A stretch of 64,000 nucleotides of DNA from a virus. Taxonomy: Duplodnaviria; Caudoviricetes. Where the stretch lies: the IMG/VR virus record IMGVR_UViG_3300042519_002516, positions 33-64,032 of that record. One strand, 5' to 3'. The notes below the pieces were generated by a model. The model had not been told where the DNA came from, searched no databases, and saw only the letters and a list, made by a program, of their open reading frames with translations. A program made the position numbers and the translations under genes. Below are positions 28,150 through 35,529 of this stretch, piece after piece (the stretch's first letter is position 1; each line of letters starts with the position of its first letter).

Positions 28150-29298
28150 CTAGTTAGAGGCTAAAGTAAACCGCTTGTTTCCGATAGAAACGATGCCGGC
28201 CTCGACTGCCGCTGCCTCGAAGGACTCGACGCTGTGGGTCTTCTGGCCGGCTGGAGCCTTGTCGTGGATCGCGCTGGAGAGTTGCGTGACGGTTAGGTCG
28301 GCGGCCTCGATGATGTCCGTAAGGCTGAGGCCATACGTCATGGCGAGTTGGGCGAGGCTGTTCTTGTCCTCGGTCTTCTTCAGCGACCCCATTGAGCGCA
28401 GGTGCAGCTCCTCGAACTCAACACCAGCAAGCGCCATCTGGACTGCGCGGCTCTTCATTCCGGCTGCCCACTTCTCTACGATCTTGGCGACGATGTAGAG
28501 CCTGCCTGCGGTAGCCGGATCTTCGACATTGTGGAAGTCGATCTCGCCGTCTGGAACCAGCTCCGGCTTCACGCGCTTGGCGATGTCAATAGCCACCGCG
28601 CCCAATGCCGGACAGCGGCCCTCGAACTCGCAGAAGCGGCAGTCGACGGAGGGGCTGAGGTTGTCAACGTCCTGCTCGCCGGTATACCATAAGGCACGCA
28701 CCCGAGTGGCGCGGCAGATGACCTGCGACAGGTCTGCGGTGTACTTAGGCAGGTCGCTGCGGTAGTAGAATCCGGAGAGAAGTTCGCCGCGAACCGGAAC
28801 GCTGAACACCGCTTTGATGGTGTCGACCTCCGGAAACATCTGGAAGACTCCTACTGCGTACGCCGTGGATTGGTCGTTGTCCGGCGGGCAGTCGATCTTG
28901 CTTACACCTGTCTTATGGTCGTGGAGTAGCGCGTAGCTGCCGGCGACGGCTACGATGTCCGCCGTACCGAAGGTCTCGGTGTGGTCGAGAATGATGTGAA
29001 GCCGCACTTCCTGATCGACCGTCGGCTTGATGCCGGTGAGGGCCTCCAGCTCGGCGAGCTCGTTGTTGAGGTCGGCGAGGCACTGGTCGTGGATAGCCAC
29101 CTCCTCCTCGCTCTGCAATCCGGAGATGTCGCCGGTCTCAAGGGCAAAGTGGATGCGGTTGCCTTTCTCGGCTGCCTCCGAAGTGCCGTCGCGGCCTTTG
29201 AATCCGGCGCACTTGCGAACGTACTTCAGACCGGACGGGCCGAACTCGGCGTGGGGCCGGTCGATATGGGACTCAGTGACTTGCGGCGTAGGATTCAT
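28150..29298 (-). CDS. Cas4-like PD-(D/E)XK exonuclease (DUF2800-like)
   Basis: HAEFGPS..C, G..IH, FGTADI, HDHKTG, CRFC....C. Confidence 0.85.
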   Translation of the reverse strand: MNPTPQVTESHIDRPHAEFGPSGLKYVRKCAGFKGRDGTSEAAEKGNRIHFALETGDISGLQSEEEVAIHDQCLADLNNELAELEALTGIKPTVDQEVRLHIILDHTETFGTADIVAVAGSYALLHDHKTGVSKIDCPPDNDQSTAYAVGVFQMFPEVDTIKAVFSVPVRGELLSGFYYRSDLPKYTADLSQVICRATRVRALWYTGEQDVDNLSPSVDCRFCEFEGRCPALGAVAIDIAKRVKPELVPDGEIDFHNVEDPATAGRLYIVAKIVEKWAAGMKSRAVQMALAGVEFEELHLRSMGSLKKTEDKNSLAQLAMTYGLSLTDIIEAADLTVTQLSSAIHDKAPAGQKTHSVESFEAAAVEAGIVSIGNKRFTLASN

Positions 29299-29300
29299 GG

Positions 29301-30614
29301 TTAACTGTTAGCTGAGGTAGGTTGCGCATGAAGCGTGTCCATCGACAAGCGTTTTCTTTCAAGGGCGGTAACTATTTTCTCTTCGATGGTTCCGGCCGCG
29401 ACCAAAACCCTTTGGGTCGCCGGACTCTTGGCTCCGTTGCGGTGGATTCGGCCCAACATTTGCACGTAGACCTTGACATCGTAGGTGGGTGAGATGAGCG
29501 ACATCCTCGGATGGTCTCCGGTTGTGTCGTGCAGGCTCACGCCGACCCCTCCGGCGGCTGAGTTGCAGATGATGACGTTGGTCTCGTTGCGCTGGAACCG
29601 CTGGACGTTCTCCTCGCGGTTGTCGCCGCTCTGGCCGCCGATGATGATCGAGGCCTCCGGAAAATGCTCGTGCATCGCCCGCACCGTATCCGTAAAGTTG
29701 ACAAAGACAACAACGCTGTAGCCCTCGGCGCACGCATCCTGCACCATCGTCACGATGTCCGGAACCTTTGCGGCCTCCGCAAGCTGGCGGGCGCGCAGGA
29801 TCTCAACGAGGATGTGCGGCTCCGGCGAGATGCCCTCTATCGCGTTCTCGATGATCTCCGGCGTGACGCCGTGCTCCTCGTAGAAGGCGGCGATGTCCTT
29901 GAGCGAGCCGAAGGCCAGCGGTTCAGTGATGACATGGTTGGCGGCGAACGCGTCCGGCAGATCGGCGTGGGTCAGCTTGAAGGCGTTGCGGCCGTACAGC
30001 ATGCTGTTGAGGCCTTTGAGCTTGGCGACAGGTCCGGCCTTCCAGTTGTTCCATGGGTCTTGCTTGCAACCTAACTGCTTCATCCAGCCAAACCAGCTGG
30101 TGAGGCCGGCGGCGCTGTCCGGTCGGTTGAGGCTGTGGAGGTCGAGGGCGTAGCCGATGGAGCGCATCTCCGTGGGGTCTTGGCATGCCGTCGCGGAGAG
30201 CATCAGGCACTTGAAGCCGGCCTGCTTCGCAGCTATGAGCATCTGGGAGTTCTGCGTCCACGGGCTCTTGCAGTTGTGGGCTTCGTCGAAAATCAGCAGC
30301 GTGTCCTTCGGCAGGTTCCAGCGGAACATCTTCTTGCCGACCTTCACGAGGAACTCGTTGCCGCGCTTGATCTTCTCGTAGTTGGTGACGAACACCGGAG
30401 TGACTCCAAACTCGGCAAGTTCGCGCTGCCAGTGGGGGATGACGATCTTCGGGCAGATGACCGCAACCGGAACGCCCAACCGCTGCGCCACAGCGCAGGC
30501 CACCACGGTCTTGCCGACGCCGGTCATGCTGGAATCGAGCACGCCGGAGTGCCGGCCCAGCGCACCGCAGATGTTATCAACTTGCTGCTGCTGCTTCGGG
30601 AATAGGGTCTTCAT
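29301..30614 (-). CDS. SF2 (SNF2-like) DNA helicase
   Basis: MTGVGKT, DEAH, SAT, QMLGRIHRNG. Confidence 0.9.
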   Translation of the reverse strand: MKTLFPKQQQQVDNICGALGRHSGVLDSSMTGVGKTVVACAVAQRLGVPVAVICPKIVIPHWQRELAEFGVTPVFVTNYEKIKRGNEFLVKVGKKMFRWNLPKDTLLIFDEAHNCKSPWTQNSQMLIAAKQAGFKCLMLSATACQDPTEMRSIGYALDLHSLNRPDSAAGLTSWFGWMKQLGCKQDPWNNWKAGPVAKLKGLNSMLYGRNAFKLTHADLPDAFAANHVITEPLAFGSLKDIAAFYEEHGVTPEIIENAIEGISPEPHILVEILRARQLAEAAKVPDIVTMVQDACAEGYSVVVFVNFTDTVRAMHEHFPEASIIIGGQSGDNREENVQRFQRNETNVIICNSAAGGVGVSLHDTTGDHPRMSLISPTYDVKVYVQMLGRIHRNGAKSPATQRVLVAAGTIEEKIVTALERKRLSMDTLHAQPTSANS

Positions 30615-32105
30615 TTAGTTCTTCCTGCAAATAGAATATGGCGTCTTGTAACTGGTCTACGGCGTAGGAGAATGCGTCGTCGTTGATGCGGTCTTCCTGT
30701 AGCGCCCGCTTGAAGTACTCGCGCTTCATGGCGGCGAGGACTAGCGGTCGGTTGTCGTCCTCGCCGGTGCTCATTAGCTCCATCCGATCCGCTTGCTTAG
30801 TTCAGGAGTCCACCCACCTAGCTCGTTGAACCGCTTACTAAAAATCTCATAGAGCGGCAGCCGGTCGTCGAAGAGCGGATCGCCGGACGGCGCGAAGCGG
30901 ATGCTGCGAGCCATCTCCTCGTGACTCATGCGGCTGATAGAGTCCTCCGCCAGATACAGTAGGGCGGCTTTCTTCTGGTCGTCGGCCGGCAGGTACGCGC
31001 CGGCAAAGGTGTTGTCTAAGATGAATGACATAGGGTTTCAGGTGTGGTAGATGAGCTTCGCAATCAGGATTCCGCCTAAGGTTCCGGCACTCGCGCCGGA
31101 GCAATAGATGAGTCGGGTGCGCCAGCAGGCGAAGGCCGCCTTGCTGACGTTGAGGGTCCACACTAGCGAGATGAGAAAACCGACGACGATAGCGCCGACC
31201 ATCTTGCCGTGGGAGATTTGCCATGTGTTGATCGCCACTAGGGCAACCTGCATAAAGGCAAGGGTGAATGTCCACAGGCTACTGCGGAGCGGTATCGGCA
31301 ACGTAGGGTCCGGTATCATGTCTGTGCTTTCTGTACTGCGGCCTCCAGCTCGGCGACTTTCGCTTTGAGCATCGTGATCGTGGTTCCGGTATCGTGGTCT
31401 CCGGATGCCCGCTTCTCACACCAGTTGGCTAGCGTTCGCAGCCGGAGGTTCAGCACCTCCTTGCGCGTATGTGCGGGCTTCGCCTCGATGTGCTTATCCC
31501 GTAGGGAAGAAAAGTCGATAGCCCCGAAGTTGTTGCGGAAGGTGTCTCCGTCAACCGGCCTAGGCAAAGGCCCCTTGCCTGCTCCGAATTCGTTCATATG
31601 GCTAAGGATGGGAACATTAGACGGATGAGGCAGATTAGCGTAGCTATGCCGGCTGCACTCAACAAGAAAAAGGATATGAATCTAAACGGATTAGTCCCTT
31701 CGCTGTCGATTCCGCAGCCACATCCGATACTCCATATGAGGAATACGCCTAGGCAGATTAGGATAGTAGTGGTTTCAGTACTCATAGTGTGTCTAGTTCT
31801 TGAAGCGGGATCGGGGTTATTTGCAGGGGCGTAAAGAGCCGCTCCTTAGGCTTTGGGTTCTCCTTGAGCCAGTTGTCGAGGAAGCCCAGCACCGGCGGGG
31901 CCGCCCGCCTGCACTTTAGATGGTGCTGCACTGCGGCGTAGCGGCGTTCGTTCCATAGAACTAATGCGGCTACCGCCTCTTCCGCTTCGTCCTTTTCGCG
32001 TTCCGAGACCCTGCTAACGTACAGCTCAGCTTCCGCCAACTCGGCGAAGGCCACTGCGCTGCCGTCGACAACGCCCTCGTCGGTCACTAAGTAGATGGTT
32101 TTCAT
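30577..32105 (-). CDS. Cluster of six small hypothetical genes (30577-30783, 30774-31031, 31038-31319, 31316-31597, 31594-31785, 31782-32105), two of them membrane proteins
   Basis: Tightly packed co-oriented ORFs, several with 4-nt overlaps. Confidence 0.65.
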
Positions 32106-32866
32106 TTGCCGCAGTTTTCACAGAACAACTCGCCGGTGTGTTTGCGCACCAGCCGGTATCCGCAGCCGCACTGGTTATGCTTAACCGCTTCGATGTAGAA
32201 GTAGTTGGTGCAAGCGAGCGTGTTGTCGTCGTCGTCCGCAAATGAATACCATTCGCCATCCTTACAGGAGGCATACCGCACATTCACGCCTTTCCAGCCG
32301 TAGCCCCTAGAAACCCATCCGGTATAGCCTTCCGGCAACTCCGGAAGCGGGAACATATGATCCGGAATCCGGAGAGGGTCGGCCGGAGTCTCGGTTAGCC
32401 CGAAAGCATCCTCGAACCGGTCTTTCATACCCTCGAAGTCTTGGAAGACGGAAGCGTCCTTCGGCGAAGGCGATCCGTCTACCGGAACACCGTAAGGAAT
32501 GTTGAGGTTGAGGGTGCCGTGCTTCTGCGCGTCGAGTACGATCATCGCGCTGGCGGCAACGTGTGCCAGATGCGAGATACCGGATTCCGGATCGAGGAGC
32601 TCGCCGGACCACCAGCTGTCAAGATGGCGCTTGATCGCGCCGACATAGGTGCTGGCGCAGACGTTGTTGTACAGCCAGTTGAACTCGCCGTACTTGTCAG
32701 CCCCGCCTCGGAGCACCCATGCGATGTCCTGCATAGGCTTAGGCGGCAGCAGGTGCAGCGGGCATTTGGTAGCGCCGATAGCGCCTTTCGGATCGTCGGT
32801 TCGGATAGCGGTGGGCATATTACTTGCGGGTGTAAGATGGGTTGAGTCGGATGCCGTTGCGGGCAA
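32102..32866 (-). CDS. DUF5664 (dATP/dGTP diphosphohydrolase-like) protein with a C-terminal extension
   Basis: DPKG..GATKCPLHLLPP...GADKYGEFNW...DPESGISHLAH. Likely start MPTAIRTDD at about 32818. Confidence 0.8.
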   Translation of the reverse strand: MPATASDSTHLTPASNMPTAIRTDDPKGAIGATKCPLHLLPPKPMQDIAWVLRGGADKYGEFNWLYNNVCASTYVGAIKRHLDSWWSGELLDPESGISHLAHVAASAMIVLDAQKHGTLNLNIPYGVPVDGSPSPKDASVFQDFEGMKDRFEDAFGLTETPADPLRIPDHMFPLPELPEGYTGWVSRGYGWKGVNVRYASCKDGEWYSFADDDDNTLACTNYFYIEAVKHNQCGCGYRLVRKHTGELFCENCGK

Positions 32867-33038
32867 GGGTGAGCAGCAGTTCGTCGTAATTAGAGAGAAG
32901 GCGAAGCCCCACTCCTCCAGAGTCGTCTAGGGCTCCGGCAAGATTCGTAAGGTTGTCGACGTAGAGTTCCATTGCTTCCGGCGTGAAGCCCTCGAAGCGG
33001 TTAGGTGCGGGGGATTCGATGATGTTAAAAGGGTTCAT
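32820..33038 (-). CDS. Small hypothetical protein
   Basis: 72 aa, co-oriented with its neighbours. Confidence 0.55.
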   Translation of the reverse strand: MNPFNIIESPAPNRFEGFTPEAMELYVDNLTNLAGALDDSGGVGLRLLSNYDELLLTLARNGIRLNPSYTRK

Positions 33039-33202
33039 AGAGTTTCAGGTTTATTGTTACCAGATGATGAGAAGGGAGAGGATGAACCAGCCAACACCTG
33101 ACTCTCCTTTGGTGGCGATAGTCGTAGCGATACAGACAATCGCGCTTAGGGCGGTGAGGGAGAGTTTAACGGAGGTATCGGCGGAGTCCATGATTTGAGA
33201 GT

Positions 33203-33278
33203 TGGTGGCAGGAGTCGGACTCGCACCGACGACCTCCAGATTATGAGTCTGGCGCTCTACTATCTGAGCTATCCTGCG
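33203..33278 (-). tRNA. tRNA with CAT anticodon (Met or Ile2), encoded CCA
   Basis: CGCAGGA TA GCTC AGATAGTA GAGC G CCAGA CTCATAA TCTGG AGGTC GTCGG TGCGAGT CCGAC TCCTGCC A CCA folds as a cloverleaf. Confidence 0.92.
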
Positions 33279-33419
33279 GTTAGGGGGTTTACCAAAGCCA
33301 AATGAGAATGGCAGCGGCGGCCAGCAACATGAATCCGGAGGCTGATCCTTGGCTTAGAAGGTAGCAGCCACCGACGATGTCGAGGGCGATAGCGGCGTGC
33401 CGGATAATGTTGAGGGCTT

Positions 33420-33626
33420 TCATCGCGTCAGGCGGTCAGCTCTGTTTAGTACAATCAGCATGAAGACCCCGCAGACGACTAGAATAACCAGCGGAATCCA
33501 CAGCGGGGCGAGTACCCACAACCAAGACCAGTTGATGACTCCGGTCAGCTTGAGGACAATGAACGCCACCGCCAGTAGCGCAGGGAATATCGACGATCCG
33601 GAGGACGAGGAATTACAATTACTCAT
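33420..33626 (-). CDS. Small membrane protein (LKLTGVINWSWLWVLAPLW family)
   Basis: Motif typical of Fragile-X-F/TMEM185-like phage membrane proteins. Confidence 0.75.
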   Translation of the reverse strand: MSNCNSSSSGSSIFPALLAVAFIVLKLTGVINWSWLWVLAPLWIPLVILVVCGVFMLIVLNRADRLTR

Positions 33627-33646
33627 ATCGGTGGCGTTGTTTGGTT

Positions 33647-33955
33647 TTAGACCCCTACGTTGAGGAGCGTAATACGGAGGCGGCTGAGGGTATCGTCATC
33701 CGCACCCATCTCACGAAGCAGGTCGAGGATTTGGTCCGTATCCTTCTCCTTCTCAGCGCAGGCATCGCACACATGCTGTGCTGCCGGAGCAGGCGTGGCG
33801 CGGGCGATCTGCATATAGAGCTCGCCTACAAGGCCTTTCTCATCCACAGCGTCGTCGAGTTCTCGGGCGGCCTCCTCGATAGTGTCGTAGACGCCGCAGA
33901 GATTGGCACCTTCAAATTTGGCGAGGAACTTCGGTTTCAGTTGTTGGTCTGGCAT
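33647..33955 (-). CDS. Hypothetical protein with a CxxC motif
   Basis: 102 aa, co-oriented with its neighbours. Confidence 0.6.
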   Translation of the reverse strand: MPDQQLKPKFLAKFEGANLCGVYDTIEEAARELDDAVDEKGLVGELYMQIARATPAPAAQHVCDACAEKEKDTDQILDLLREMGADDDTLSRLRITLLNVGV

Positions 33956-34001
33956 AACGAGACCGTCTTACTGAAAGGCTAACAGACCCGCAAGATAAAT
34001 T

Positions 34002-34247
34002 TCAGGAATTTTTCAGGAGGCGTTCGATTTCATCCGCGAGCTCTTCAAACGTAAGGCTTTCCACGTCCTGAATGTCGCCGCGCTCCAGCTCGAATTCCTC
34101 ATAAACGAGGTCAAGGAAAATCTCGTAGGCAGCATCCGGAAGCCAGTCCAGCGGTCTCTCCGTGTATGGAGTCGTGGACATTCTGCGGTTGAGGATGTCT
34201 TCCATGATGGCGGCCAAGCGGTCGGTGATGTCGAAGTTCTTTTTCAT
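34002..34247 (-). CDS. Small acidic protein resembling an acyl carrier protein
   Basis: 81 aa from ATG 34247, with LVYEEFELE..DI..V..LTFEELADEIE. Confidence 0.5.
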   Translation of the reverse strand: MKKNFDITDRLAAIMEDILNRRMSTTPYTERPLDWLPDAAYEIFLDLVYEEFELERGDIQDVESLTFEELADEIERLLKNS

Positions 34248-34260
34248 GTCAAGCAAAAGT

Positions 34261-34761
34261 TCAGGCAAATCTACGGCGGACAAACTCGGCGATGAGCGCG
34301 GCGTCAACCATGCCGTCATGGGCTACGCGGTGGCGGGCTGTCGGCAGCCATCGTTCGTTGGGCCATAGGATGTTGGCGGTCCGCAAGGCAGCAACTTTGG
34401 TCTGGCCTTTCGGAACCTTGCCCAACATCGGCGTCTGCCACTCGCCGACCTGCACGCGGATCACCGGAATCATATGGCACTCCGCAACCGCGACCAGCTT
34501 GCCGAAGCTCAGCGCCATTGACCGCACAGCCTGCGAGCTCTTAGCGTGCTTGAGTGGCTCCTCCACCGCGAACACGCAGTCATGATCGGTAAGCTCATCC
34601 AGCATTCCGGCAACGGTAGCGACACACGGCTCCTCCTTACCGGATTCGGTTACAAGCGGCATAGGCTTGCAGGAGAGGATAGCGCCGGTGGCTGCGTCCA
34701 ACGCGCACAGGCCGCCGGAGATTCCGTTGTCCACACCGATGACCACCGTCGGTTTACTCAT
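34261..34761 (-). CDS. RuvC-like Holliday junction resolvase
   Basis: VIGVDNG..GG, AVEEP, W...LG, HDGMVDAALIA. Start ATG 34761. Confidence 0.85.
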   Translation of the reverse strand: MSKPTVVIGVDNGISGGLCALDAATGAILSCKPMPLVTESGKEEPCVATVAGMLDELTDHDCVFAVEEPLKHAKSSQAVRSMALSFGKLVAVAECHMIPVIRVQVGEWQTPMLGKVPKGQTKVAALRTANILWPNERWLPTARHRVAHDGMVDAALIAEFVRRRFA

Positions 34762-35461
34762 CCCCGTAGTCCCCCTCCTCGTCGTCTTCCCCGTATTCGC
34801 CATCGTCCTCAGGATCGAAGACCTCGGCGTCGAGGATGATCTTGCGCTTGTTGACCGTACTGCCGGCCGGCGCGTCCGCACTCAGGTCGGCCTTGGTGTT
34901 GTTCAGGATCGAGATGTCAATGGTGAGACCGCCACCGGCACCGGCACCACCCCTAGGATTCAGGCCCAAGTTGCGGCGGATGAGCTGGTCAAGCTCAGAG
35001 AGCTCCTTCACGGTCCTAGGCCCTCGGACGTTGGCGAGGTTGTCGCGCAGCAACCGGATGGCGCTACCGGCAACGTACGCTTGGTACTGGTCTGCCGGAC
35101 TGCCTTGGTTCTCCGCGACTTGCAGGATGGCTTGCTCTTCTTTGGTGCGGGCCTCGATGAGCGCGTCGGCAATCACCCCGTCGGTTGTCTCAGCCAGCTT
35201 GTCGTTGAAGCTGACCGGCGTGAGGACATCATCCTCCGCGACGTCGCGGCGCATCGGCCTTGCCGGTACGCCGGCCTCCCGTAGCCAGCGGCCGACGGTG
35301 GCGGTGCTCAGTTTTAGCTCATCCGCAATACGGGCTTGGATGACTCCGGCGTTGTGCATCTCGATTGCCCTCTGCCGACGGGCTAATGCCGCCGCCCTAC
35401 CGGCAGCGCGCTGCTCCCGAATGAGAGCAGCTTTGGACTTCTTGGGTTTTTTGGCGGCCAC
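34754..35461 (-). CDS. HTH protein, putative terminase small subunit
   Basis: HTH (QARIADELKLSTATVGRWL), helical core and acidic tail. Divergent from terL. GTG 35461 lies 30 nt after TTGACA. Confidence 0.55.
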   Translation of the reverse strand: MAAKKPKKSKAALIREQRAAGRAAALARRQRAIEMHNAGVIQARIADELKLSTATVGRWLREAGVPARPMRRDVAEDDVLTPVSFNDKLAETTDGVIADALIEARTKEEQAILQVAENQGSPADQYQAYVAGSAIRLLRDNLANVRGPRTVKELSELDQLIRRNLGLNPRGGAGAGGGLTIDISILNNTKADLSADAPAGSTVNKRKIILDAEVFDPEDDGEYGEDDEEGDYGDE

Positions 35462-35529
35462 AACGACAAGAACAACCTTAAAATGAAAGATTGTCAAACA
35501 TATTTTCAATGTGTATCATCTGCGGCACG
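35462..35529. promoter_or_regulatory. Overlapping divergent promoters for the TerS-like gene and terL
   Basis: TTGTCAA at 35491-97 gives TTGACA on the minus strand and TTGTCA-17-TATCAT (35514-19) on the plus strand. Confidence 0.6.
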
